64,000 nucleotides of DNA from Chrysomallon squamiferum. Its lineage: Eukaryota; Animalia; Mollusca. The stretch is taken from contig CM022679.1 of the NCBI GenBank assembly GCA_012295275.1, forward strand, positions 20,336,001 to 20,400,000, read 5' to 3'. Both the position numbers and the translations under genes were made by a program. Below are positions 12,268 to 26,830 of this stretch, piece by piece. The notes under the pieces were generated by a model. It had not been told where the DNA came from and did no database searches. It worked only from the letters and a program-made list of their open reading frames with translations. Positions within the stretch are counted from its first letter, which is position 1. Each line of letters starts with the position of its first letter.

Positions 12268-12706
12268 TTATTCCAAATCTTAGAACCGTGGTTAAAATAA
12301 TAATAATAATAAAAATATATATATATCATGGTGACCTGTTTTGGAGCAAGCCCACTGAAGAAGAAAACAGAGGTTACCCAGGCCTCGTTGCTTCCAGTTG
12401 CAGGGTCCCAGAAATGCGCATCCACCACAGATTTTATACCTAGATGAAGAAGAAGAAATAGTTCTGTACAACCTACTTGAGATTAGTACGCTCAAAATGG
12501 AGTTTTAATTGAACTAACATGGATTTTGCAAGTCATGTTTGTTGACTAGCGTGAACGTGGAAAGCAAACGAAAGCAAACTAAATTAATCCATCAGGGACA
12601 GGCCTTTGATGTGTGCTGTCTTCTACACGCTTAATAATAATTAAGTGTTCCGAAATGACCTGTTTTAGTCTAGGACAAACGGACTGCCTACCTCAGTTAC
12701 GTCGTA

Positions 12707-12751
<45 letters not shown>

Positions 12752-13132
12752 GTTATTATTATTATTATTATTATTATTAAATAACAGTTTATTTTGTATT
12801 CTTATCTTTATTATTATCGTCAGCATCATTTTATGGTTAATAATTTACTTATGCTTAAGATAATATTAAATTGTTATTTATTTATAATATAATATAATAT
12901 AATATAATATAATATAATATAATATAAAAATTTATTTAGAAACCATTCTGGTCATGGGGCAGATCTGTTATGAAACTAATGAAGCTTAACTACTTTAGTC
13001 CACGTTGCTTGGAAATTATTATCCAAATCTGTCGTGGTTAAATTTTTTTTTTTTTTTTTTTTAATTGATGCTGATCTGTCATGAAAACAAGTCCACTGAA
13101 GAAGATAAACAGTGGTTACCCAGACCTTGTTG
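12268..13132 (+). repeat. Diverged direct duplication (about 12268-12390 vs 13018-13132)
   Basis: Both copies share CCAAATCT..CGTGGTTAAA ... CAAG.CCACTGAAGAAGA.AACAG.GGTTACCCAG.CCT.GTTG. Confidence 0.75.
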
Positions 13133-13554
13133 TTGATAATCATCATCATCATTGCTAAAGGTCCCCATAACAGTTAAAGCTTAACGGCCCAAAAATGTAA
13201 GTCTGTTGCCATTGTTCAGACCAGTTACGAGCTGCCTGAAATAAAAAGAATGGAGAATAAAGTAACTGCTCAACAACACAGTGAAAATAATAATAATAAT
13301 AATAATAATAATAGTCCCGAAAATCAATTATCCGAATTTTCCAAATGGTATTAAAAATAGCACCAATATTAATATTAACAATGTTGAATAAAATAAAGAA
13401 CTAAGTTCACTTTAAATTCACAATGTGGAATAACGTAATGAACTAAATTTGCTTTAAACTGACAGTTTTTACAGCAGATTGAGATTGTTTTGCCGTGTTT
13501 GTATAGTGCTAAATCTTTTTTAAAAAACCCACCAAAAACAGAACGTTAAGTTGA

Positions 13555-13705
13555 CTGCCAGCGCCCGGGACATGCCCAGTATACTGCGCCCCCTGATCCT
13601 AGGAAATTAGCCATTCCTGAGCCCCTTCCGCTTACCAGTAGTGAACCTAAGAATTTTGCACCCGGGGACAAGCGCCCCTGTAGCCCAGCCTACGCTATGC
13701 CCCTG
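13555..13705 (-). mobile_element. Probable non-autonomous DNA-transposon (MITE-like, hAT-Tip100-style end) fragment
   Basis: GC-rich block ending ...TACGCTATGCCCCTG (reverse complement CAGGGGCATAGCGTA), resembling the CAGGGGCGTAGC termini of invertebrate MITEs. Internal GCGCCCGGG/GCACCCGGGG repeats. No matching other TIR found. Confidence 0.45.
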
Positions 13706-14194
13706 AGAGCACGCACAGCATGAATGCACACGGAGTGTGAACAAACATACTGGCGAGCTGGAGGTTCTCTACCCGCGGCAAATAGACGAGGGTATATAAC
13801 AAATTCATCTTTGAATTTATAATAGTAAAAATTGCTGGTGTTGTTATTTTTTTATTATTCTGTTGTTGCTTCTGCTGCTACTACTACTGCTACTACTACT
13901 ACTAAGACAGACGGATTTGGTGATGTATTAGAAATCATTGACAGTCGAAAACCATGTAATATTTTCACTTGCCTTGTAAGTATAACAGATATAAACATCC
14001 ATAATATCTTGTTCGTTGATATTCTCACATTATCATTAATATTCCGTACGAGATATAGAAAAAATTATTAACACACACACACACGCACACGCACACGCAC
14101 TCGTACACACACACAGACACTTGTATTGTTAAAAGGTCATTTTTATTGCATTGTATCGACGTATTTTTTCTTTTTCTTTTATCTTTTTCATTTA

Positions 14195-14256
<62 letters not shown>

Positions 14257-14546
14257 GTCTAAAATAAATAAATGAACAAATAAATACATAAATAAATAAA
14301 TGAAAAGACAATAAGATGGGAATCTTCTTTTGTGTAATAATAACAGTTTCTGTTGCCTCTTCGGTATGCTCCCGTTTGTTACACATCCCATTTACCAAAC
14401 ATCTTATAACAAAACAGGTCATGGCTGAATGAAATGCTAATCACACCTAGTATACAATAAAGGGTTCATCTGATAAATACATGTATATAAATATATACAT
14501 ATATACTATTATAACTATACAAACCAAGTACCTAAGTACATAAAGA

Positions 14547-14591
<45 letters not shown>

Positions 14592-15400
14592 CGTACGTAT
14601 GTATGTATGTATGTATGTATGTATGTATGTATGTATATCGGCACCAAGTCCATAAAAATGTATTATTATTATTATTATTTAATTATTGTATATAGTAATT
14701 GAATTAAATGAAAAACACTTGGTCGCGATTACTCTTCCATTAATAATACAGGCGTTTGCTTTCCTCAGCCGTGTAACAAATGGGAGACAACCTCACTTTC
14801 CCTTCCAGACGTTCTATGGACATGACGAATATTAATAACAATACATGACTGTCATTAATACATTCACAAACTATTTTATTATATAACTTCACTTTCGTAG
14901 CAAGGGGCAATTCAAATTTTAATAGAATTACTAGAATTGCTGTCCTTGTATGCAGACTGGAAAGAAGAATTAAGGTATGCTGAAAGTATCTTCACAAGCA
15001 GTCCAGATGTAATAGAAGTTTAATCAAGATTATAAATACATATCTTTAAAGCAAGCAACTACAAAACTGCGGTAATTGTAAGTTTAATAAGTGTCTATTT
15101 CAAGCCGATTTGTTATTTTTAGGCACCAAAGACAAACTCTATATCTGTCTGTCTATCCGTTAGTCTATCTGTCTATTTGTTGTCTATTTCCTTAACTATC
15201 AATGTATTTCTGTGTGTGTGTGTGTGTGTATCCATTTATCTCTATCTGTGTTCTTCTCTGTCTGTCTGTCTGTCTACCTATCTATCTGATTGTTTGACTA
15301 CTGAACATCAAATCTTCAGTTCTGAGAAAAATCTTTGCCTGCCTCGGGGCCACAAAGGGGTCTTGTACCGCTTGGCAGAATTTCTCTATGAGTCCCTGCT

Positions 15401-15480
15401 TATGTATGTATGTATGTATGTATTTATGTATGTAAGTATGTATGTATGTATGTATGTATGTATGTATGTATGTATGTATG

Positions 15481-15511
<31 letters not shown>

Positions 15512-15537
15512 GTATGTATGTATGTATGTATGTATGT
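15401..15537. repeat. (TATG)n microsatellite (another at about 14568-14636)
   Basis: Direct reading. Source of the MYVC ORF artefact. Confidence 0.95.
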
Positions 15538-17884
15538 TTGTATCTATCTATCTAGCCATGTATGTATCCACCTATTTATTATCTATATATCTATCTACAT
15601 GTCTACTTATCTATGTATCAGTCTACCTCGGAATCCCTTTCTCTGATATTTTTATTTATTTTTAAATTATTATTATTATTATCTTTTCTTCTTTTTTTAA
15701 CTGCGGTCAACGCATACTTAACAAACAGTTTTATTTATTTATATTTTACAACGGCCTAACATTTGATTTAAATAAAGGTGTACCTCCCTAATGCTGTCAA
15801 TAAAACACAGCATTCGACAGAAGCCTGACTTTGACAGAAGCAGGTTCGTGCTATGCACTCAACATCAAAGACAGGACCAGTTACCGATCTCAGCCACAAG
15901 ACAGACTCCTCGCTTTGATAGCAGATCCTGTTACAAGCAACTCCCAAACTTTCACTTTCCTCTGTCAAATCACTGTTACTCCCGTCTGGCAAAATGGAAT
16001 AAAATAGATATATATTTTTTAAAAACAAAAATATTATTTTCTGAACGACTATAAATAATAACCCAATATTTAAATTCTAAGACATCGGGATTTAGGTGTT
16101 GCCATATATATTAAGCTTATATTCGTCTTCTCTGTAATAATTATAATTTATTAACTCAATATTTTATCTTTTTATTTTTATTTATTTATTTATTTTATTT
16201 TTTTTTGGTGCGTGTGCATGAGGTGGTTTCTGTTAACGTTTCTTTTTCTACTACTATTAGTACTACTTACTATTTGTCATTAGGAGGTTATTCCTTATTT
16301 AGTACCACTAAGGATGAAATATTTGTTACTTAACTTTAAGTATATGTTACTTGTTATTAACATTAGGTACTATTACTTATTATTTAGCAATGTTCTACTA
16401 TTTTTTTATTCTGGTGTTTACGCTGTACTGGAGACATTAATTAAAATGTGTAAAATTAAATATCTCTGACCAGAATGGCGATATCTTTCATGAGTTTACT
16501 ACTTGTGGTATGTGATCCGTTCAGAATTTATTATGTTTTATACAGATAGATAGCTAGATAGACAGAAAACAATAATAATAAATAAATATGGATAGATAGA
16601 TATATTTATAGAGAGAGAGAAAAAAAGAGAAAGAGAGAGAGAGGAAGAGAGATATTTAAAATATTTTATAATCTTTGTCAAAAATCCATATATAATATGA
16701 AAAAGATTATTATTATTACTATAAATACTAATAATGATACTAATGTTGCTGCTGTCATTGCTACTATACTACAACTATTATATATGAGTAAACTTCGCTA
16801 TATAAGTTTCAGTTTGTATTATTGGTACTCTAATAAAACTTTTACCCTAAATAAAATCAGTTTTCTCAACGTCTCTGTTACTTATTTTCCTTCCCCTGCC
16901 AAACAGAAAGTGCATACTGTTATTATTATTGTTAACACACAATATTATAAATATTCGCCCGTAAAGATTTTTTTTAAATTATTATTATTTCGTTTACTTC
17001 TGTTATATATATATATATTAAAATAATATAGACTTCATTCATATACCTCAAGCATTGTCAGAATTAAGAGAATATTTTAATATTTAAAATTTAAAAGCTT
17101 GATACGCATTTTTGTATATCTGTTCCCGCAAGTTATTTTATTTTATATATTTATTTATTCAGTACATTGATTTTTGTCTCAGAATCTTTGAAAGCATGAT
17201 ATCAACAATGAATACACACATACATTCATACATATATATATATATATTTTTTTTTTACTTATTCATAATTATTACATTATATTATATTATATTTTATTGT
17301 TATTCATATTGTAATGTGTTGTACTGTAGTTTACTGTATTGGCTAGATAAATTAATTAATTAAGTAATTTATTACAAATTGGTATATACTGTCTGATATT
17401 TTTGCCAGCGAAACCGTCAAATGATTACATTTTTGTAATAGCCAGGACGAGTCGCAGAACTTCGCTTGTCGGTGTTTCCGAGTACAAATGCGATGTCACG
17501 AAAATAGTATTGCAATCATAGGATGTCCTTTGAAGATCAAAGAACACCGCTAAGCAGGTTAATTACCTTTAAACGTGTGTCTAAGCCAAATGAAAATTGC
17601 TCCAGGAATTAAGTAAAAAAAAAAAAAAAAAAAAAATTACGAAATGAAGATGGATTTGACTGTTCATAAACATTTCGCTAATGAACGTAGGTTCTTTAGG
17701 AACAGTATTCTTTAATGTTATCATAAATGTTAATATTATAAATAAATAAATAGAATCAAATTTGTAATTATATAGTATCAGTGAAAACAGTCTTCATTGT
17801 GCGGGTATGTAAGAGTTCGTTGACGTAAGTATTTTGAAATGTTCTTACCGAGTTCAAAAACTAGCTGTAACTAAATTATACTTG

Positions 17885-17887
<3 letters not shown>

Positions 17888-17964
<77 letters not shown>
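17888..17964. repeat. (GA)n microsatellite
   Basis: Direct reading. Confidence 0.98.
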
Positions 17965-17966
<2 letters not shown>

Positions 17967-19585
17967 ACTTTCGGCAACAATAAAATTGAGTTTTGTTTTT
18001 CATATTCGACATTTGTACATGAGGAATAATAATGATGATGATGATGATATTTGAACGAATCATTTATTTCAGTTTCTCAAGATATACGAAGTCTAATGCA
18101 AAGCTGCTATAGCAGGATTAAAAAGAAGAAGAAAGAACTCTTCAAAGAAATCCATTCGATGTGCTGCATATCTGCCTGTGTTATCTTTTAATTTATTTGT
18201 TTCTGTAAATTAATCTAGAAAACCCGAAATGTTGCCATTATGACTGGGTGTCTTAAAAGTCGAATTCGCCGGGGCCTATGTATCGCGACCCTTACATTCC
18301 AGGGTGTTTCCACTTACAGCCGTCTTAACATCAAAGGATTTATCTGGGTCGCCCGATTTCATCTTTAATGTCGATTCTCTTGATGCGTTCGCTATCATAA
18401 TCCTGCGCATGTCTGATCGGGCTGCCTTTTTAATATACACCATATTTTCTCGCAGCTGGTTACTTTCCGCCCGCGTGCAACTGACTCACGGAGCAGGGCT
18501 CGTGCAGCGCGTGCGGCTCCAACCCCGCGAGCCCCGGGCTTCCTTTTGCTTGTCAATCACAGCGGCGGAGATGAAAGACTTTTCAAAGAATGATCCTTAC
18601 TGTTATAGATAAAAAGAAGAAAAGTGCTATTCACGAAGCAGAAATGGACAAAATATGTAATTTGTTCTCAGTGTGTTGACTGACAAGTCTTCTGACGTGT
18701 GACATACACCGGTGGAGGACAATCTGCTCTATTTCTTCTTCTTCTCCTTTTTTATTTTATTTTTTTTTTTTTTTTTTTTTTGTTTTGTTGTAAATATGAT
18801 TATTCAAAAATTTGTGTCACAAAAGGGCACGAAAATGGCTGAATCCCTTACACAGATAAAAGCCGCAATAAATGATCCTATAATGAGATTTGTTTGATTT
18901 TTTTTTTTTTTTTTTTTTTTTTTAATAGCTAAAACCGGGACGAACAATCTAAGATTTAATTAAAAGTACTTTTCATTAGCGAATTGCAAATGATGTTCTT
19001 TCATGATAGCTGCTTGTTGATCGAGAAAAAAAAAAAAATTCAAAAACCTAATAAAAAAAAATCAGATGGTGTTTGACGGCAATCCGACTTAGAGAAAAAT
19101 CATTGTGTGGCGGGAATTGTTCTGTTATTCACTGAAGTTAAATTTTAAAGATTTAATTGTTTTTTATTTTACGTTATTTACTTTTATAATTTTGCACTTT
19201 CAAAAATTCGTTTTATGTAAATTATTTTACTTTTGGCGATCATTTTCTTTTTCTCCTTATTACTTTCATCATTTATTTTCTTACTTTTTCATTTATTTAT
19301 TTATTTATTTATTTATTTTTCTTTTGGGATCAATGTAATTATTTATTTTATATAGTATTATTTTTCTTTCTTCTTTCTCTCATGTTTTTCTTTTTTTCTT
19401 TATTTTATTTTCTTACTCAACAAGACTCCTATTTTATTAGGTGTGTATGCAGGGAATTTCTTCCTTCTTTTCCAGTATTTTATAACCTTTTATGTATTAT
19501 TGATTTATTAATATTTTATTGTAGTGATTTAAGTTATAAATCATACATCAGTTTCAGGAAATGTTCAGTAATCTAACTTTTAATC

Positions 19586-19603
19586 TGTGTGTGTGTGTGT
19601 GTC

Positions 19604-19674
<71 letters not shown>
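19586..19674. repeat. Compound (GT)n-(GA)n microsatellite
   Basis: Direct reading. Confidence 0.95.
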
Positions 19675-19677
<3 letters not shown>

Positions 19678-20064
19678 ATTCACCTCTCTCTATAAAATAC
19701 ATCAGGAAATTTCTGTTCGTGTTACTCCGATATTACTACATGTAATGATCCTCGCGAAATTTTTAAAGATCCTGATGTGTTTTCTAATAAAATCTAAAGT
19801 GATTAGCCTAATATATGTATATATATAAAAACATGAAGAATTATTTTCAGAAATCAATATCTTTAATTAAATTCCGTGCAACTGTTAAAATATTTTAAAT
19901 CAAAATTCACAGTTCAGTTGTACTGACAGCAGTACATCGTCATCTAAAATGTTATTTATTTATTTATTATTATTATTATTATTATTGTTGTTATTATTAT
20001 TATTATTATTATTATAATTGTCATTATTATTATCTTTTATTTATTTATATAAATGTATATTTAT

Positions 20065-20138
<74 letters not shown>

Positions 20139-20589
20139 GAGGCTTTTTTATATTCTGACAAAATTACAGTCTTCAAAGGAAACCCATATTTTATTTTTGC
20201 ATTAGCAGTAAGGGATTTAATATTATCTCCTTCCCAGAGTCAAGGAATGAATTTAGGCTATTACGTAATACGTATATTTTATATTATTTATTTATTTATT
20301 TTAATTTATTTCTTTCTTTCTTTTTTCTTTCTTCTTCTTCTTCATTTCTTTTTTCTTTTTTTTTTCTTTTTTTATTGTTTTAATCACAAACAGTTAGAAT
20401 TGTATCAGTGTTATGTACTTTCTGAATTCGTAATCGTAAATGTCTTCCTCTTCTGTCCGTTGTCATTACAGAAATTTGTACCTCGGCAAACCTGTCCAAA
20501 GAAACAACAAAAAAGCCTCTTTATAACTTCACTGTTTGAAAGTTAATCATTCTTGTTTTGTTTGTTTAATTGGATTTTTTTTTATAATT

Positions 20590-20621
<32 letters not shown>

Positions 20622-21744
20622 CATTGTTACTGATATTCACACCGTCACTGGCATTCCAAAGCAATGTCACACATTAATTCTTGGGTTTCTTCGAGTCACT
20701 GGACAGTCCACCACTAGTTAAGATATGTTAACAATTAACACGGTACAAATAAACCATTATTTTTAAACACTTATGAACTGTTTTAATGAAAATTAATTTG
20801 GTCAGTATATATGAGAAATTTAAAATACTGAAAAAAAGAAAGAAAAAAACCAATGAAAAAAACAAGAACGAGAAGAAAGAAAAAAAAAACCCCGCCAAAC
20901 ACAATGCTAAGTGGACAGACGTCTGTCCTTTCATAAACAACTGATGATATTCTACACAGGTAAACAGATTTAATTCACAGGTCGGTGATCGTTGATTCTT
21001 TACCTCTAAATACTCCGGTTTACCAATCAGAATCGAATATTTTCCCTACGTCATAACAGGAACAGTCTTTATTTCCTGTAGAACTCGCTTCCCACGGCAG
21101 CATAACGAGACTACGTTGGTGGGGATGCGGTGGGGGGGATGGGGGGTGATTAAATAAATGGGTTTCTTAACGCTCTTTCATTTCACAGTGATGTCATAAT
21201 CTGGAAAGTGTTATCAAAATGGATTTTAAAACAGTTATTTAAAATATAATGTACGAGATAACAATCTTTATTTGTTTATTTAAGACAGTCTTTTATTTCT
21301 CTTGCTTTTATTTCAGAAATTATCGAAGCGTGCCTTTTTATGATGTGATGTGGGATCGATTTATTCGCCGTTGGTAGAAAATATTTGTGTTTATCAGTGA
21401 GATCTCATTGTTTTATTTCATTTTACAGCTCTTAATGAAAAGAAGAGGCGAAGATAATACCATACTGAAGAATTTTATAGCGTGTTTTTGTTTTATTTAT
21501 TTTTATTAAGTAACCTGATACAAATCGCTTAAAAGTCGTATAGCTATTAATAAATTGTGGTAAGTTAATTTCATTAACACTGAAGATAAATAAAGTTTTA
21601 TTGCATAGTGCTAAACGTAAAGTTTATATTATTAAAAAGTGTTAACATGACAGGATCAAGAATTCTTATTCTGACACTATTTTTTTTTATTATTATTATT
21701 TCTTTGTGATAAAAATCCTTTCATGTTGAAAGTTACATTCACTA

Positions 21745-21788
21745 TAGTGGTGGTCGCCCCTCTTTTTACAGTTCTAGCTCCGCCCCTG
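21745..21788 (-). mobile_element. Isolated MITE-like terminus
   Basis: TCTAGCTCCGCCCCTG (reverse complement CAGGGGCGGAGCTAGA), the same class of end as at 13705. Confidence 0.35.
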
Positions 21789-22576
21789 ATTGCATTGTTA
21801 CAGTTATGCAATTAACCTTTTGTTCCATCAACAATGGCTTAATCCAATGATTTTTCACTGTGATCGTTAATCTTTTTTTTTTCTGTAATTTTTTAATCTT
21901 CTAGTTTTATTCTCGTTATAAAAGAGCCAGAATGTTTACAGAGATTATCATCCTCATCATCAACTGCGGCAATTATAGAAGTCATTATTAGCTTCAGCAA
22001 AGAACGGTTCTCCATCAGACAAAAATGATGGAGCAGTTATTTCTAGTTCCAGACAGTCGACTGATACTAATGTGTCTGTCAAAGGCCGTGTGTATATATT
22101 TCGTGTTTAAAGAAACAACACTTGCAACTGAATCGTAGGAGTAACCAAGCGAAAAACTTCTAAGTACGTTTAAGAGAGAGACAGATTTACACGCACATGC
22201 ACTCTTCCATGTTACACATGCGCGCGCGCACTTACACACACACCTACATACGTACACACACACGCAGAGACACATATATAGATATATCATTTTTTAATTT
22301 TTAGTGTCTTCAACATTAATTAATGAATGACTATTATCGTAATCATTTTCGCACAGAATGATGAAGATAAACATCAACGTGCAGCACACGTCACAGCTGT
22401 TACAAAACCCGTGTTAGGTTTCCTTCACGTGCATAAATAAACCACGTGGGTTTATTTTTTAATGATTTATATTTCCCATTGCAAGTATTTTTTAAGCGCT
22501 ATCCGCCTTGAAATGTGAAAATGTGTACACGGAACATTAGCTAGAAAAATAAACAAGTGTTTCATTTCATCTTAAA

Positions 22577-22582
<6 letters not shown>

Positions 22583-22654
<72 letters not shown>
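22583..22654. repeat. (CT)n microsatellite
   Basis: Direct reading. Confidence 0.98.
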
Positions 22655-22658
<4 letters not shown>

Positions 22659-23132
22659 GTCTGTCTTTCTATGTCGCTGCTATGCGTCCTGCACGGGTTT
22701 CGTCAATGACGTGATCATTTCAAAGAGTTTATACTTTCGTGAAGAATTGGTTTAGCCTAAGGCCCTTGCGCTTGTTGAAAACCCATAGATTGAAATCTCA
22801 AACTGCTGCCGTTCTTTGATGATGTTGCTGTACAAGGTTTTCAAACGAAGCTTGACTATAAGGTCAAGACAGCGACGTCTTCAAGTCAGAGCTGTAAAAC
22901 GTTAAAAGCAAAACACGCCAAAAAATTTTGAACAGAATGAGACGGTTTTTTCGAAATAACAAGAGAAACAAAACAAAACAAAAACAAACAAACAAAACAA
23001 AAAAAAAAAAAAAGAAAAAAAAGAAAAAAAAAAAAAAAATTAAAGGAAAGAAAAAAGAATAACGAAATAAAGAAGGAAAAAAGAAATTAAGAAATAAACA
23101 ACAAGAAAAACTTATAAATATAAGTCAAGGTT

Positions 23133-23164
<32 letters not shown>

Positions 23165-24582
23165 TTTGATCATCTGTTTTAATTCTGCTTAAAAGAAAAT
23201 AATAATTTTGTTTTCCTTTTAGTTCTATTTTAATGTTGATATTTTTATTTAATTCGTAAATAACAATTTTAAGAAATCATTTTTGGGGGAGAATCAGTAA
23301 AACATCATATACACATTAGACATAAATAATATAAATAACTTTAGTTTTAAATTGTCAGTTCAGGAATTAAATTATGATATGACAACATATGATACGACAC
23401 AATACGATGCAACACGATTCGATATGATACGATATATAATATAATACAGTATACAGCAATAATTATATATGAACGATAATGCAATATATTGTGCTAAAAA
23501 TAATGTAATAAAATATAACACAGTGCAGTGTAATGTAGTTTAATGTGATGCAATAACATCTATAAAACTGTTCTTTGTTAAGGGTGCAGTTTTACGCTTA
23601 TAACGAACCTCAAGAAACTAATTAAAAAAAAGTTTTTTTTAGTTTTTTTCCTAAGAACCAAGTGAACTGAAGCAAAACTCGTCCATCGTCGAAAAATGTT
23701 AGCAATTTCTGTATCGAATCTCATTATTTGGTTTCCATGGAAACAGAAAGCCAATCACTAAGTTAAATGCTTCGTTTTCCTCCTATCCTGCCCTTGATGA
23801 GAAAAACATACATTTTCCTCCCCAAAACATCAAAGGTGCATCGCCGGACGGTTATAAACTTCAGTTGTCTGCGTGCACTGAGGTATTTGCTGTTTCCCTG
23901 CATATGTCTTTTAATGCGTGGTGCTATTAACTTAATTTAAACATTATTTATTAGCCCCTAAAACAATGCTTAAATGCCACGACTGCTGGTAAAGAAGCTA
24001 GTTTGAATATCCAACTATGTCCAAGTGATCGCTGATTGAATTTAAACTGGGAAATTAGCGTAATAAAAATTGACGATTTCTCAGAATAAGCAGTCTTATT
24101 TAAAACAAAGTACAGAAAATGTCGTAACTTTGATGTTAAAATAATATATATATTGTTTTGTGTTATAATGTGATATGATATAATGTGATAATAGTGTAAT
24201 AATAATAATAATAATAAAAGGTGGTTGAGAATGTATTTAATTTTTTTTTTAAATAATAATAAATATATACTAAATTTTGAATATTTTTAGCAATAAAAGC
24301 TGTCGATTTCAGTAATTTTATAAAAAAATAAAGGAAAATAATAAGTAAATAAATATAAAAAATACTAAACAATCAAATAAATAAATAGATATTGATTTTA
24401 ATATTTTTCTTAAACTCATTACAGTAATGTCACTTTTAACATTAAAAAAAAAAAAAAAAAAAAATTTTTTTTTTTTTTTCTTTTTTTCTTTTTTTTTTAC
24501 ACAAAAAATTATATCAAAGAAATCCGCATTTAAATTAAATTTAAAACTGATCTTCATATGTTGGTAATTATAGCCATAATGA

Positions 24583-24605
24583 AATAATAATAATAATAAT
24601 AATAA

Positions 24606-24636
<31 letters not shown>

Positions 24637-24711
24637 AAGAAGAAGAAGAAGAAGAAGAAGAAGAAAAGAAAGAAAGAAAGAAAGAAAGAAAAAGAAAGAA
24701 GGAAAGAAAGA
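24583..24711. repeat. Compound (AAT)n-(GAA)n-(GAAA)n microsatellite
   Basis: Direct reading. Confidence 0.95.
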
Positions 24712-25018
24712 ACAAAAATATTATAATTTCTGAGAATAATACGTTGGAACAGAAAATATAATGAAAATCCGAGAAAAAGATGAATATATAATTACATATT
24801 ATTTATTATCGATTTTTAAGTACCCGATTGAAAACTGATTTATTGTTTAATTACATTGTCTGACATATATTGTCGATTTATGAGAAAATTACATTACGAC
24901 TGCAATAAATTCAGATTTAAAAAATTAATTAAAAAACGGAGTACTTTTGTACATCGAATTTCTAAAACTTTCGTTAACTCGGTAAAAGACAACTTTTTAT
25001 ATACAGTTTTTTTTTATC

Positions 25019-25116
<98 letters not shown>

Positions 25117-26799
25117 TTTTTTTACTTTTGATCTGCTGTTATTCTGATCAGCACGGTTCCTGTAAAATTTCAGAAAGTTAGGTAACTTTCAAAACGAAAT
25201 GTATTTGCACCTGAAAAAAAGATGAAGAAGAAATAAGAAGAATGAAAAGAAAATGAAAAGAGAAAAAAACATCGGCATTCGTTGATAATTTAGGAAACAT
25301 TGCGTGTCTTACTATATAAATCAAATAATTCAAATATCAGTCGTATGAGTCAAAGAAATGCTGCTGTTGCTGCTGCTGCTCTTGTCACTACCACAACTAC
25401 TACTCATACTGTTACTGCTGCTGCTACTACTACTTCTATTGCTACTATTAATAATAATAATAATAGTTATGGAAACTATATTGATTTTTATATAACAGAT
25501 TTTATTTCATTACTATGTCTAAGAAGGAACGTATGTAATATTTATGGTGATGATGATGTTAATAAAGATGATTGTGATGATAAATAAATAAATAAATAAA
25601 TAAATAAATAGATAAAACATCAACCTTCAACGTAAATTATAAAAAATATGAAAAAAACAAACAAAAACACAACAATATCAAACTAACCCCGTAGTGTGAT
25701 ATTTGTATCTTAATTATTTATTATAATTAAAATATTAAAGAAAAATCTTACAGAAGAAAGAAAAATAGGGAAAATAGTCTTCATATTCTATAATAATATT
25801 TAATTTTCAGTTTAATGGTTCTGATTTACATGTATGTTGTAAGAGTTTTTTTAATTTTATTTTATTTTTATTTTTATATTATTTTTGTCATGATCGACAT
25901 CACATTTCGTCTTCCGGACAAACCGATACAGTTTGTTCGACTTAAAATCCATTAAGTGGTCAGCGCAGGAAACTCTACATTTTCCATCAAAATATTTTCT
26001 TAATGCAAAATTTATGGAGAAAATACCAATTCCGACAGTCGCGTGCTGGCTCGTGCCAGCTGCAGACGTGGTTGTAGCTCGTGCACTTGAAGAAGGGTCA
26101 ATTTCATCGCACCTGTTTTTCCTTTTCAATTGTATACGTACTTCTTTGCCTGCAGCCCATCTGTGGACGATTGCTTGCAAGTAAAACCAAATGTATTCTT
26201 CTTTGTTTCTTATACACTGGCAGTTTTTGCAAGGGAAAGAAATAGTAAACAACTGTGTACACACCTCTGTTACTTTGGCTTTGTTTAGCCGTCTCGCCAC
26301 TTGAGGACGGTAGTTTTCACGATCTTTCCATGTTTATTGAAGAGTATAAAAATAACGTGTTTTCGAGTGTTACGAATTGTCGGCTTCGTATCTGCGTATG
26401 CTTATCAAACCGACATGCAGATCTGATTAACAGCCTGAGTGCTAAAATAAAGCAGTGCATGTATGTATATAAATACGTCGACATGCTGTCGTAACGTAAT
26501 CGCATTTTTCTTTCCGCCCAAAATATTTTGTAGGTTTACTTAATGCAAAATGGGAACAGAGTCTTAGCATGTCTTGGAGAAACCTCTCTGGCGAAATTTT
26601 TCCTATGACAAAATTCGTGAACTTAATTCTCTGATGACAGGATATCACAGACAGTCCAAGCCCAATAGGCCTACTCAGAGTTTGAAAGAATAGTAAATAA
26701 TAACGAAGGCTTTAAATAATATTCACTCGATTTCTTTAATTTATATATATATATATTTTTTTTATCATTTCTTTTCATTTTATTTTGTTTTGTTTTGTT

Positions 26800-26830
<31 letters not shown>

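Noticed and set aside
19695-19780. ACATCAGGA...TCCTGATGT inverted arms as a miRNA hairpin
   Set aside because: Only about 9 bp of clean pairing, a poorly paired interior and no known mature miRNA sequence recognised.
25857-26300. 147-aa minus-strand ORF
   Set aside because: No recognisable domain or splice context. ORFs are open on both strands in a GC-richer island, as expected by chance.
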